This document shows, piece by piece, positions 41,234 to 53,421 of a stretch of 64,000 bases of DNA (position 1 is its first letter; every line of letters starts with the position of its first letter). The notes beneath the pieces are model-generated. The model was not told where the DNA came from, searched no databases, and saw only the letters and a program-made list of their open reading frames with translations. The translations under genes and the position numbers were made by a program. Source of the DNA: a candidate division FCPU426 bacterium (GTDB lineage: Bacteria; Oederibacteriota; Muellerivitia; Muellerivitales; Muellerivitaceae); assembly GCA_963771075.1 (NCBI GenBank), contig CAVYSE010000003.1, forward strand, positions 64,001 through 128,000, written 5' to 3'.

Positions 41234-42506
41234 CATGTGTGTCTAAATTAGCCCGAACAAGAAAGGCCTAACCAACCCGGAGAAATATAATAAGTGGGTG
41301 CGAAACCCTTATTATTCCAGGAGGTCCGGCCTTGGCTCATTCTTCCACAATCCTTTCCCAGATGCTCAAGTTTTTTTCGAGACATGAATTTCAAAAGCTG
41401 GTTTTGAAGCACCAGGCCGAGTACCACGCAAGAGGCGTTACATCCTGGTCCCACTTTGTGGCTATGCTCTACGGCCAACTGGCCGGACAAGATGCGCTCC
41501 GGGGCATTGAAGCCGGGCTCGCCACACAAGGGAACAACCTCTATCACATGGGTGCCCAACCCGTCTCCCGACCCACCCTGTCCTACGCCAACGCCCATCG
41601 TCCCGCCAGCCTTTTTGAGGACTTGTTCTCCCTCATGCTGTCCAAATGTCAGACGGTGGCACCCCATCACAAGTTCAGGTTCAAGAATCCCCTCTATTCC
41701 CTGGACGCCTCCACCATCAGCCTTTGCTTGTCACTATTCGATTGGGCCATGTTCCGTAAAACCAAAGGAGCCGTCAAACTTCACGTGAAGTTCAACCACT
41801 CCGGCTACCTGCCCACCTTCCTACGTGTAACCACCGGCAAGCTGCATGAAAAGAAAATCCTTCCGCTGGTTCCCTTGGAAAAAGGCGATGTCCTAGTCAT
41901 GGATCGGGGTTACCTTGATTTCACCCTTCTCCAAAACCTCACAAAACAAGGCGTTTTCTTCGTCACTCGTCTCAAATCCAACTCGGCTTTCCGGGTGGTT
42001 GAACGCCATGAAAAAAAACACCCCAACATCCTGGCGGATCAAACCATCCGAATGATCGGCTTCAACACCCGCCGAAAATACCCTTACCCCCTGCGACGTG
42101 TAGTGGCGCGTGATCCCAAAACAAAAAAACGAGTCGTCTTAGTTACCAATCAGTTCCAATGGGCCGCTTCCACCATCGCCGCCGTCTACAAAGACCGTTG
42201 GCAGATCGAACTCTTTTTCAAAACCCTCAAGCAACAGCTCAAGGTTAAAAGCTTCGTGGGAACCTCCTTGAACGCCCTGCTGTCTCAATTGTGGACTGCC
42301 ATGATTGCTTACTTGATGCTCAGCTACATGAAATTCAAATCGAAATTCGCTTGGTCGCTTTATACCTTGAGCAGTATTCTGCCCACGAACCTTTTCAGCC
42401 GTAGAAACCTGTGGGATTGGCTAAACCAGCCTTTCAAAGCTACGTCGGAAGTCTTTCTGCTTACAAAACAAGCTGGTTTTGATTTCGGCTAATTCAGACA
42501 GCTATG
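41234..42506 (+). mobile_element. IS4 family insertion sequence
   Basis: TIRs CATGTGTGTCTAAATTAGC / GCTAATTCAGACAGCTATG; 9-bp TSD ATATATTCT at 41225-41233 and 42507-42515. Confidence 0.95.
41332..42492 (+). CDS. IS4 family DDE transposase (DUF4372 N-terminus)
   Basis: LDASTI, KGAVKLH, MDRGY, YKDRWQIELFFK.LKQ (YREK). Confidence 0.96.
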   Translation: MAHSSTILSQMLKFFSRHEFQKLVLKHQAEYHARGVTSWSHFVAMLYGQLAGQDALRGIEAGLATQGNNLYHMGAQPVSRPTLSYANAHRPASLFEDLFSLMLSKCQTVAPHHKFRFKNPLYSLDASTISLCLSLFDWAMFRKTKGAVKLHVKFNHSGYLPTFLRVTTGKLHEKKILPLVPLEKGDVLVMDRGYLDFTLLQNLTKQGVFFVTRLKSNSAFRVVERHEKKHPNILADQTIRMIGFNTRRKYPYPLRRVVARDPKTKKRVVLVTNQFQWAASTIAAVYKDRWQIELFFKTLKQQLKVKSFVGTSLNALLSQLWTAMIAYLMLSYMKFKSKFAWSLYTLSSILPTNLFSRRNLWDWLNQPFKATSEVFLLTKQAGFDFG

Positions 42507-42687
42507 ATATATTCTATTTGAATATCTATACCTTTTTTTATTGGTTTATTCATATTAGAAAATCGAAAAATAATTTCGTATAGAGTAATGATATTTGTAG
42601 TGTCCACTAAATATCTTCTAGCATTTTGGGGTGAGCACGAGTAGATATTCAGACAAGCACAAGCCAAACTAAAAACCAGCTTTTAGC

Positions 42688-44587
42688 TTAAGCCCTCGGG
42701 TTGGCCTGCCCAGAACGACCAGCAGGTGTCGAACCGGCCTGTTCCATGGCCTGACGAAGCGAAGACTTGGCCGTTTGTTTCTCCGACTTCATGCGCTCGT
42801 TATTGTTCAAAATCTTTTTGCGCATGCGCAGGTTCAGGGGCGTGACTTCCAAAAGTTCGTCGTCCTGGATGTATTCCAGGCATTGCTCCAGCGAGAAAAT
42901 CGTCGGCGGCTCCATGGTCAAGGCCTCGTCGGAGGACTTGCTCCGCATGTTGCTCAAATGCTTGGTTTTGCAGGGGTTCACCGCGATATCATTCTCGCGC
43001 GTATGTTCGCCCACGATCATGCCCTCATAGACTTCCAAGCGGGGGTGGATGAAAAACTTTCCCCGGTCGGCCAATTGGAACATGCCATAGGCCGCCGTGA
43101 CGCCCGCCTCAAAAGCCACCAGAACGCCCCGGCTTCTGCCCCCGATATCGCCCTTGTACTCGCCGTAGCCGGAGAAGACATGGTGAAGAACGCCTTCACC
43201 CTTGGTGTCGGTCATGAACTCGGTTCGGAAACCCAGCAGACAGCGGGAAGGGATCAAAAACTCGATGCGGGTCGCCACTTCGGAAAGGGGCGCCATGTTC
43301 TTCATCTCACCCTTGCGGGCCCCCAGTTTTTCCATCGCGATGCCCACGCAATTGTTAGGAACGTCGACGATCAAATGCTCATAAGGTTCCTCGAGTTTTC
43401 CCTCTTTCATCTTGAAAATGACCTGGGGTCGTGGAAACCTGGAACTCGAATCCCTCACGGCGCATGGTCTCGATCAGGATGCCCAAATGCAGTTCGCCCC
43501 GGCCCGCGACCTGGTAGGCGTCCGGACTTTCCGTATCGCTGATTTTCAAGGTCGGGTTGGCTTCGGCTTCTTTATATAAACGGTCCCGCAAGTGGCGGGA
43601 AGTGACGAATTTTCCTTCCTTGCCGGCGAAGGGGCTGTTGTTGACGGAAAAAACCATGGACATGGTGGGTTCGTCGATGGCGATGGAGGGCAAAGGGGTT
43701 GGATCGTCGCTGGAAGCCACCGTTTCCCCGATCTGCACGTCTTCCAAACCGGCCAGGAGGATGATATCGCCCGCCATGGCTTCCGGGCACTCGACCTGTT
43801 TGATGCCGCTGTACGTAAAAAGCTTGGTGGCGTTGCTGGTGACCTTCCGGCCGTCCAGCTTGATGAGGGTGATGGGGTCGTTGAGCTTGATCTTGCCCCG
43901 GGCGATGCGGCCCACGGCCATACGGCCCAGGTATTCATTATAGGAAGTCGTGGTGACCAGCATCTGGAAAGGCGATGTGACATCCACTTCCAAGGGTTTG
44001 AAATGCTTCACGATGGTTTCAAAAAGGGGCTTCAGGTCCGTACCGGGCACATCCAGGCTCAACGAGGCCTTGCCCTCCCGGGCGATGGCGTAAAGGACTG
44101 GATAGCTGATCTGGTGCTCATTGGCGCCCAGGGCGATGAAGAGGTCCAGCACGGCGTCCACCACTTCGTGGGGCCGGGCGTCCTTCCGGTCGATCTTGTT
44201 GATGACCACGATGGGGTCCAGGTTTTGTTCCAGGCTCTTGCGCAGGACGAACTTGGTCTGGGGCAGGGGGCCTTCGGCGGCGTCCACCAACAGCAAAACC
44301 CCGTCCACCATGGAAAGAATGCGCTCCACTTCCCCGCCGAAATCGGCGTGGCCCGGCGTATCCACGATGTTGATGCGCACCCCGTTCCAGACGACCGAGG
44401 CGTTCTTGGAGAAAATGGTGATGCCGCGTTCTTTTTCCAGGTCGTTGGAATCCATGACCCGCTCTTCCATGTGCTCATTGGCCCGAAACACGCCGGATTG
44501 CCGGAACAAAGCGTCCACGAGCGTGGTTTTGCCATGGTCGACATGGGCGATGATGGCGATATTTCGTAAATCTTCCCTACGAGTCAT
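42688..44587 (-). CDS. typA: Translational GTPase TypA/BipA (one frameshift near 43430)
   Basis: [47 protein letters not shown]; continues in 42688..43458 ([21 protein letters not shown]). Confidence 0.96.
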
Positions 44588-44734
44588 GAAGCTAACCTCT
44601 TTGAACCGCTGTTTTTCGGTTTATTTTTTGGCTGTTCGTTGACGAAACTTGCGCGTTAAAAACAACGAAATCCGCCTTTGGGGAGGCGAGAGTATACAGA
44701 AAAGGGGTCAGAATGGAAAGGAGTTAAGATTCTT

Positions 44735-45064
44735 GGCAGTGTCTCAGTTTTAAAGGGATATTAAATTAAGTCGTCATTGCGAGGGTCAGCCCCAACCCTT
44801 CGACTTTGCTCACGGCCCTGAGGCTCTCGAAGGGTCGGGGAGGCATGAACAAGGCATGTAGTAGGTTGTACACCTTGAACCTACGACAAAACCTGAGATT
44901 CCCACGTCGCATACCGCTTTTCTACCTGATGTTTATTGAATGCGGTATTGCCCAGTCTTCCGTTGCCCTAAAGGGCAACGGGGGCAAATCGTACTGATCT
45001 CCTAATTTCAAGGATATGGAAATCAGCACTGCTCCTCGGAATGACTTCAAACTGAGACACTACC
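44735..45064. mobile_element. Composite MITE-like repeat, copy A
   Basis: 16-bp TIR GGCAGTGTCTCAGTTT / AAACTGAGACACTACC; inverted near-identical copy at 55352-55641; one end also at 34564-34603. Confidence 0.85.
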
Positions 45065-45877
45065 CGATTCTTGGGTTTTTCCCAAAAACCCCAATAAGAC
45101 TCTGCGAAAACCATCCGGGTTGTCCACGAAAACCCCGTGACCGGCCTTTTCAACCCCCACAAGCCGGCCCTGACGGATCAATTTTTCAATTTTGTCCGCT
45201 TCCTCCGGCGAAACATACGCGCTCTCCAGGCCCTTCATGAAAAGCACCGGGCATTGAACCTTTTCCAGCCAAGGGGAGTAATCCACGGCCCTTCCCCATT
45301 TTTGCGTTTCCACAATAGCGGGGATGGAGAAGACCCAATCCCATTTCCCATTTTCTTTTTTCTCGAACTGGGTCTTTTCATGGGCGATCTTTCTTTCCCG
45401 GCCGGGAAAGAGAATTTCGAGGAACCGATCCAAGCTGGGCTCATCGTCAAAAGGCGCGGGATATCGGGCGAACTCTTCCACATGTTTCTTCCAACGGTCG
45501 GGCGCGGGCATAAGGGTTTGGTCGATGATGGTTAGGCTGAGGGCCATGCCGGGGTACAGACCCGCGAAAACCAGGGCGTTCCGTCCCCCCGTGGAGTGGC
45601 CCACGATGTGGGCTTGGGGGATTAACAGTTCATTTAGGATTGCGGCCAAATCCTGGGCGTGGTCCTCGGGCGTGTAACCCCTTTCCGGCTTGTCGCTCTT
45701 CCCGTGGCCCCTCATGTCCGGCGCCCAGACCCGGAAGCCTTCGCTTGAAAGCCATTGGGCGGTTTCCTTCCAAGTGAAACAGCGGGACGTAAGACCGTGG
45801 AGAAGCAAAACCACGGGTCCCGCCTTGCCCCAGGTCTCGTAATAAAACTTGCCGCGTGGCGTCAGGGTGAATGGCAT
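45047..45877 (-). CDS. Alpha/beta hydrolase
   Basis: LLHGL, PDMRGHGKS, GHSTGG nucleophile, AGHG; stop codon lies within the MITE end. Confidence 0.92.
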   Translation of the reverse strand: MPFTLTPRGKFYYETWGKAGPVVLLLHGLTSRCFTWKETAQWLSSEGFRVWAPDMRGHGKSDKPERGYTPEDHAQDLAAILNELLIPQAHIVGHSTGGRNALVFAGLYPGMALSLTIIDQTLMPAPDRWKKHVEEFARYPAPFDDEPSLDRFLEILFPGRERKIAHEKTQFEKKENGKWDWVFSIPAIVETQKWGRAVDYSPWLEKVQCPVLFMKGLESAYVSPEEADKIEKLIRQGRLVGVEKAGHGVFVDNPDGFRRVLLGFLGKTQESGSVSV

Positions 45878-45968
45878 GTCGAACCTTTGATCCCGATTGA
45901 TGCCGGACAGTTTATTTCATCCCGCCCGTTCTTTCTATTTTTCCCCATCGCCCCTAAAATGCGCAGCC

Positions 45969-47195
45969 ATGAGGAAAGCCATGGCAAAACACGACCCCTA
46001 CGCGGCCTTCCGGTTCACCAACTACCGTTATTATTCCCTTGGCAGCTTCCTGTCCGTGGCGGGCCAGCAGATGCTTCGCCTGGCGGTCAACCTGGAAGTA
46101 TACCGCCTGACCCATTCCGTGATGGCGTCCGGCCTGATCGGCCTTTTCATCTGGATACCCATATTCCTCTTCATGCTTCCCGGCGGAATGATGGCGGACC
46201 GTTACAACCGCAAGGCGCTGGTGTTGGCCTGCAACCTATTATTCGCCCTATGCGCCGTGGGCCTGGCGGTGGCCGACCGTTTTCCCCAGCCGGTCACCCT
46301 GATCTTCGCGATCCTCTTCTTCATCGGGCTCGCCCGGGCCTTCAGCGACCCGCCCAAGAACGCACTCTTGCCCGAACTGGTGCCGGCGAAGCATTTTTCC
46401 AACGCCATCGCGTGGAACAGCAACATATTCCAGGTCGCATCCCAGCTCGGGCCAGCCTTGGGGGGAATGCTTTATAACTCCATCGGATTCGCGGGGGTCT
46501 GCTGGATCGACGCTTCCATCGAGGCCGCTTTCTTCCTGTTCATCCTCTCGGTCAAGCAATCCATCCGTTACAAAAGCGAACCCATCAGCCTTAAATCGCT
46601 CCTGGAAGGCTTGAAGTTCGTGCGGGATACCAAGCTCATATTGGCCACCATCACCATGGATCTTTTCGCGGTCATCCTGGGCGGGGCGACCGCCCTCTTC
46701 CCCGCCTTCGACGACAAGGTGCTCCATTGCGGGCCCGCCGGAGTGGGGTGGCTTCAATCGGCCATCGCCATGGGGGCCTTCACTACTTCTTTCCTGGTTG
46801 CCCATATACCCCTCAAAAAGGCCGGCCAAACCCTGCTTTGGGCCGTGGCGGGTTTCGGCGTCGTTACCATCCTCTTCGGGTTATCCCACTGGTACTGGTT
46901 GTCCTTCGCCATGATGTTCCTGGCCGGGGCCTTCGACAATATCAGCGTACTGGTCCGCCACACGCTGGCCCAGGTGCTCACCCCCCATTCCATGCGGGGC
47001 CGCATCAATTCGGTAAGCTATATCTTTATCCACTCATCCAACGAACTGGGCGGGTTCGAGTCCGGCGCGGTGGCGGCCCTGGTGGGTTTGGTGCCCTCGG
47101 TCATCATCGGCGGGATCGGGAGTCTTTTGGTGGTATGGGCGGTCAACAAGGTCTGGCCCGAGGTGGCGAAAATCAAGAAGCTCTCAAACCCTTAA
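45969..47195 (+). CDS. MFS transporter (EntS/DHA3-like)
   Basis: 12 TM; GGMMADRYNRK, GPALGG, DLFAVILGGATAL.P, MRGRINSV, SNELGGFESG. Confidence 0.92.
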   Translation: MRKAMAKHDPYAAFRFTNYRYYSLGSFLSVAGQQMLRLAVNLEVYRLTHSVMASGLIGLFIWIPIFLFMLPGGMMADRYNRKALVLACNLLFALCAVGLAVADRFPQPVTLIFAILFFIGLARAFSDPPKNALLPELVPAKHFSNAIAWNSNIFQVASQLGPALGGMLYNSIGFAGVCWIDASIEAAFFLFILSVKQSIRYKSEPISLKSLLEGLKFVRDTKLILATITMDLFAVILGGATALFPAFDDKVLHCGPAGVGWLQSAIAMGAFTTSFLVAHIPLKKAGQTLLWAVAGFGVVTILFGLSHWYWLSFAMMFLAGAFDNISVLVRHTLAQVLTPHSMRGRINSVSYIFIHSSNELGGFESGAVAALVGLVPSVIIGGIGSLLVVWAVNKVWPEVAKIKKLSNP

Positions 47196-47370
47196 CACCC
47201 TATTCACCGCCAAGAACGCCAAGAACACCTAAACCATAAAGGGATTTGATTTTCGACCCAATATTTACCACAGATAGCTAGACTATACCGACCTCCTTAT
47301 GGGTTTATGGAAGGTCGGCATGTGGCCGCCAAAGGCGGCCTGTGGTGAAATTAGATTTTGTTGTAGTCTT

Positions 47371-48741
47371 TTAGCCTTTTCCCAGTTGCCAGCGGAGGGC
47401 GGAAACCAAATTCGGGTATAAAAACTCAAATCCCGCCTTTTGCAGTTTGGCGGGCTGGACCCTCTGGCCTTCCAACAACAGCGCCTCCCCCATTTCCCCG
47501 AAAAGCATCTTCACCACGAACCCCGGAAGGGGCGCGATCGTGGGGCGACGGAGGACCTTGCCCAACACCTTGGTAAATTCCCGGTTCGTGACCGACTCAG
47601 GAGCTGTGGCGTTCACGGGGCCGTCAAGGTCTTTCCGGTAAAGCAATTCGTGAAAGATGCCGACCAGGTCCTCTAAGGCGATCCAGCTCATCCATTGTTC
47701 ACCGGAGCCGATGACGCCGCCTGCCCCCATCAAAAAGGGCGGTAGCATCCTGGGAAGCGCCCCGCCGGAAAGGGACAAAACGATGCCGGTACGCACGTGA
47801 CAGACCCGGATATTCTGCCAACGGGCCGGGTCTGCCGCCCTTTCCCATTCTTGGCAGGAATCGGGGAGAAATCCCCGGCCCGACGGGCTTTCTTCCGTTA
47901 ACACCTCATCCCCCCGGTTCCCATAAAAGCCGATGGCCGAGGCCACGATAAAAACCTTCGGTTTGTCCTTGAGTTTAGCCAAGGTCTCCGCGAGGAACCT
48001 CGTGCTTTGCACCCGGCTTTCCCGGATGGCGTCCTTTCGCTCCGGGGTCCACCGGGATGAGCCGATATTCTCCCCGCCCAGATGGATGACCGCGTCCATG
48101 CCTTCCAATGCGTTTGGATCAATTTCCCTTTTTATCGGGTCCCATTGGATTTCCCCCTTGAGGGGATCGGGCGCCCGGCGCACGAGTGTTTTCACCTCAT
48201 GCCCCGCGCATTGAAGAAAACATTTCAACTCGCTCCCCACCATGCCTGAGGCCCCCGCCAGGACGACCTTCAGGGGTTTTTCTTTTATATAGGGATAGAG
48301 CCTTTTTAAATCCTGCGAGGTTCTCGTATGTCGAAATTGAAAGAGCCGGTCCAACTTCCGCTTCATCCAATTCCCCGCCACCAGGTTCCCCAAAGGGCCC
48401 AGGGGAAGGGCGTAATCCACCTGATCCGAAAGGTGGCTGGCTTCGACGTAGAGGGGCTTGAACCCGTGGGTATGGACCCACTTCGCGAAGGGGCCCTTGG
48501 TCTGTTTATCCCTGAATTGCCGTCCCGGGATAAAGTCATAATGAACCGCTTCCCACCTTTGCCGGAAGGGTCCCACCTCGAGGACCACCTTTCCCCCTTC
48601 TTCAAAACCACCGCTTTTTTCGACCAGCCTCGCCCTTTCAAATGGCGGGGTCAGACGCACCAGCGCCTGGGGCCGACTATACCAGTTGAACAGAGCCTCC
48701 ACGGGGACCGGTATTTCGGAAGTTTTTTCGAACAAGGGCAT
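47371..48741 (-). CDS. SRPBCC + TIGR01777 family NAD-dependent epimerase fusion
   Basis: N-terminal RLTPP..F.D.Q.KGPF.KW.H.H; GASGMVG, HLGGENI, SAIGFYG, GSGEQWMSWI, GEMGEALLL. Confidence 0.92.
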   Translation of the reverse strand: MPLFEKTSEIPVPVEALFNWYSRPQALVRLTPPFERARLVEKSGGFEEGGKVVLEVGPFRQRWEAVHYDFIPGRQFRDKQTKGPFAKWVHTHGFKPLYVEASHLSDQVDYALPLGPLGNLVAGNWMKRKLDRLFQFRHTRTSQDLKRLYPYIKEKPLKVVLAGASGMVGSELKCFLQCAGHEVKTLVRRAPDPLKGEIQWDPIKREIDPNALEGMDAVIHLGGENIGSSRWTPERKDAIRESRVQSTRFLAETLAKLKDKPKVFIVASAIGFYGNRGDEVLTEESPSGRGFLPDSCQEWERAADPARWQNIRVCHVRTGIVLSLSGGALPRMLPPFLMGAGGVIGSGEQWMSWIALEDLVGIFHELLYRKDLDGPVNATAPESVTNREFTKVLGKVLRRPTIAPLPGFVVKMLFGEMGEALLLEGQRVQPAKLQKAGFEFLYPNLVSALRWQLGKG

Positions 48742-48933
48742 GAAAAGCCTCACGCAAGAAATGTTACCCATTGGAAGATAGGCTCTAGGCCCAAGGATTA
48801 TCAAGCTTCCACGATTTAAATCGACCCCAACAACCTTATTTTTCATCGTTATTCAAGCCGGGAACCTGTTTGCAACTTTCTAATTCCTCCGTTCGTCTTA
48901 TTTAACGAAGTTTAATAACCCAAGGAGAAGAAA

Positions 48934-49266
48934 ATGAGAAAGTTAATCGTTGTGTTATGCGGTTTGTTTTTCATCGGCGCGACCGGATTGGCCCTGGCGC
49001 AAGACGCGAATGGCAAGAACCCCGCGATGAGCCCCAAGGCCCGCCTGAAGAGGCAGCACAAGCGCATTGCGAACGGCGTGAAGAGCGGCAAGATCAGCAA
49101 GGCCCAGCACAAGCAATTGGCCCAGGAAGGCAAGGACATCAACCAAGAACGCAAAGCGGATTTAGCGGCTAATGGCGGAAAGATGGACAAGTCGGACCGC
49201 AAGTCCCTGGAATCCCAGGAGAACCTCCGTTCCGAGCAGATCAAGCAGGACAAGACCGGACAGTAA
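48934..49266 (+). CDS. Small secreted charged helical protein
   Basis: Signal peptide ALA/QD, AAGGAG RBS, Q..RI.NGVKSG.I motif, strong terminator downstream. Confidence 0.85.
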   Translation: MRKLIVVLCGLFFIGATGLALAQDANGKNPAMSPKARLKRQHKRIANGVKSGKISKAQHKQLAQEGKDINQERKADLAANGGKMDKSDRKSLESQENLRSEQIKQDKTGQ

Positions 49267-49280
49267 ACTTCAACCAGTCG

Positions 49281-49326
49281 AAATAAAAAAAAGGGCGTGG
49301 GGTTTTCCCCTCGCCCTTTTTTATTT
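49281..49326 (+). terminator. Bidirectional intrinsic terminator
   Basis: A-tract, GGGCGTGGGG-TTTT-CCCCTCGCCC, T-tract. Confidence 0.85.
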
Positions 49327-49358
49327 TCAGAACTATGCATTGGCATAAATTAAAAACA

Positions 49359-49616
49359 AACCCTCTCCCCTTGAGGGAGAGGGCATGCCGACCTTCCAAT
49401 TAGTTAGTTTTTATGGAGGTCGGTATGGTCCCATATGTCCTTTTTATATTCCCAAAAGGGAAATATGGGACAGGGTGAGGGGTGCTTTACCACGGGGTTC
49501 CCCCCTCATGCCGACATTCCATAAAACTTTTAAAGATGTCGGTATCGTACCGATCACCTTGATTTAATAAATAGAGGATCGGCACATCCCATCCTTCTCC
49601 CTCCAGGGGAGAAGGT
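49359..49616. repeat. Nested palindromic repeat cluster
   Basis: CCCTCTCCC..GAGGGAGAGGG..GGGTGAGGGG / CCTTCTCCCTCCAGGGGAGAAGG scaffold with several ATRCCGAC..GTCGGYAT hairpins inside. Confidence 0.75.
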
Positions 49617-49793
49617 GAAAACCACAACAACTAAACCTTTCTTGAACGACTTTATGTCAAAGCCATAACCCCGTTTGTTTTAAGCACCCATCAACAAAAC
49701 CCCGCGATAACGTATTAGCCACAAAATGGATAATTCGAATCCCAACGTGTATAGTTTCAAAATCATATTCAACCGAAAACCAATACAAATGGG

Positions 49794-51647
<1,854 letters not shown>

Positions 51648-51713
51648 GAGAATCGGCCAACCCAAGCGGTGGGCCAGTCGAACTGTTCGAGTCCAACCCT
51701 GGGAATCTTATAA

Positions 51714-52020
51714 GGACTCGAACAGTGGGAAAGACCCATGACAGTGCGGAGCACTGAGGGTGCAGGGAGAATCCCTGCGAATTTGAAGGGTACATAGGGG
51801 TAATTCCCTATGAGCGCTTTGCGCAAAACGGGTTTTTTCCATGAACGGTTTTAAAGGGTACAACTTATTTCGCGATGTACTTCCCGATGTGGACCTGGTT
51901 GGCTGTGGCGCCCTGCACATATTCCAGGGCAAGTTTGGCCTTGGGGGTTTCCCCCGGCGCCAATTCCAGGTATTTCTGCCAGCATTCCACCGCCTTCTCC
52001 TTGTGGCCACGGTTCAGGTA
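51714..52020. repeat. 307-bp direct repeat, copy 1 (copy 2 at 54620-54928); contains a 3' fragment (51865-52020) of the TPR gene
   Basis: Direct alignment by eye; fragment reads YLNRGHKEKAVECWQKYLELAPGETPKAK..GKYIAK*. Confidence 0.92.
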
Positions 52021-52121
52021 AATTGCCGATCAGGGCTAATATCCCCATGAAAAACGAGGGTTTTCGCGGGAATCCAGGAAGAAGTTGCAGATTTTACCTG
52101 GCAGGTTAAAATTGCGATACC

Positions 52122-53282
52122 ATGAACTACCTGCCGCGCCTTTTTCCAAAATCAGAACATAGTTATTTTTTGTTCGGCCCCAGGGGCTCGGGCAAATCCA
52201 CTTGGCTTAAACACGCCTACCCAAGGGCGCTTTACATCGACTTGCTGGACCCCGTCCTCTTCAGGGATTTTTCATCCCATCCAGAGCGCTTAGGCGGGGC
52301 CATTGATAAAGCCGCGCTCCATGAGCCCGTGATCATCGATGAAATCCAAAAAGCGCCCGCGCTCCTGGATGCCGTGCACCAGTCCTTGGAAGGACATGGC
52401 CGGGGCCGGCAATTCATATTGACGGGTTCAAGCGCGCGGAAGCTTCGCCGGACCGGGGTGAACCTGCTGGGAGGCCGCCTCCTTTGGCGGCAGTTTCATC
52501 CGTATCTCGCCTCGGAATTGGGGCCGAAATTCGACCTGGACCGTTCCATGTCGATTGGGATGTTGCCGCTCGTGCGGGCCGCCAAGAACCCCGCGGAAAC
52601 CTTAAGGGCTTACGCCGCCCTCTATATTCACCAGGAAGTCAGGGAAGAGGCTTCCGTGCGGGATTTGGGGGCTTTTTCGCGCTTCTTGGAGGCGGTGTCC
52701 CTGAGCCATGGGGGCCAATTGAACCTCAGCGCCGCCGCCGCCGAATGTTCCGTCACCCGCCGCAGCGCCGAGGGATACATGGAGGTCTTGGAAGACATGA
52801 TGCTGTCCTTCAGGCTCAAGGTATTCGAGAAGCGCGCCCAACGCCAGTTGGCGGCCCATCCCAAGTTTTATTTCTTCGATTCCGGCGTTTACCAGGCGAT
52901 CCGGCCGCGCAATCCCCTTGACTCGGACAGCGAAATCGGCGGGGGCGTCTTGGAGGGGTTGGTGGCCCAGCATTTGAAGTCTTGGCTCTCGCACCGGGAG
53001 GGTAAAAACGAGCTTTTCTTTTGGCGAACGAGAACCGGGTTGGAGGTCGACTTTGTCGTTTTCGGGGAAGCGGGCCTCTGGGCCTTTGAGGTCAAGTCGG
53101 GGGCGGTTGGCCATTCCGGGGACGCAGCAGGTTTGAAGGCCTTCTTAAAGGATTACCCGGAAGCCAAGGCGGCGCTCCTTTCGCCCTCTCCCACGCGAAA
53201 AACGCTGGATGGAATCCCCTGGCTGGATGTGCGGGACTTTCTTTTGGGATTGATTCCCGGAAAGCCGCTTCCGTTCAATTAA
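52122..53282 (+). CDS. AAA+ ATPase (AAA_14) with DUF4143 / PD-(D/E)xK-like C-terminus
   Basis: GPRGSGKST, IIDEIQK, LTGSSAR, HPKFYFFDSG, FWRT..GLEVDFV, AFEVKS. Confidence 0.92.
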   Translation: MNYLPRLFPKSEHSYFLFGPRGSGKSTWLKHAYPRALYIDLLDPVLFRDFSSHPERLGGAIDKAALHEPVIIDEIQKAPALLDAVHQSLEGHGRGRQFILTGSSARKLRRTGVNLLGGRLLWRQFHPYLASELGPKFDLDRSMSIGMLPLVRAAKNPAETLRAYAALYIHQEVREEASVRDLGAFSRFLEAVSLSHGGQLNLSAAAAECSVTRRSAEGYMEVLEDMMLSFRLKVFEKRAQRQLAAHPKFYFFDSGVYQAIRPRNPLDSDSEIGGGVLEGLVAQHLKSWLSHREGKNELFFWRTRTGLEVDFVVFGEAGLWAFEVKSGAVGHSGDAAGLKAFLKDYPEAKAALLSPSPTRKTLDGIPWLDVRDFLLGLIPGKPLPFN

Positions 53283-53398
53283 GGGAGCCTCTATTTATTC
53301 ACCACTAAGGCACCAAGACACCAAGACACCAAGAAAACCTTTTTTTTGATACCGACAAAACCGAAAAAGCAATTATTAGAGGTGCCCTTAATACAAAT

Positions 53399-53420
53399 AT
53401 GGTATCATATATAATACCAT
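53399..53420 (+). promoter_or_regulatory. Probable TA operator palindrome overlapping the -10 box
   Basis: ATGGTAT-N8-ATACCAT; TATAAT at 53410-53415, 6 nt before the GTG start (leaderless-like). Confidence 0.6.
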
Positions 53421-53421
53421 C

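Larger units (their letters stand above)
41005..42583 (+). pseudogene. AT-rich small membrane protein gene (98 aa when rejoined) interrupted by IS4
   Basis: 41005-41233 plus 42516-42583 gives a 297-nt open frame ending ...FYIFYLNIYTFFYWFIHIRKSKNNFV*. Confidence 0.75.

Noticed and set aside
35900..42600. Prophage or integron
   Set aside because: No phage structural genes, tyrosine integrase or convincing attC sites
43379..43458. Split typA as two real genes
   Set aside because: Single frame change within the conserved EFQVS.P.VI motif; probable indel error
44704..44711. GGGGTCAG upstream of typA as another Y1-element end
   Set aside because: Only 8 bp match with no partner IR; could be chance
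44806..45240. Short ORFs at 44806, 44968 and 45016 (and 55203)
   Set aside because: They lie within or start in MITE copies; spurious
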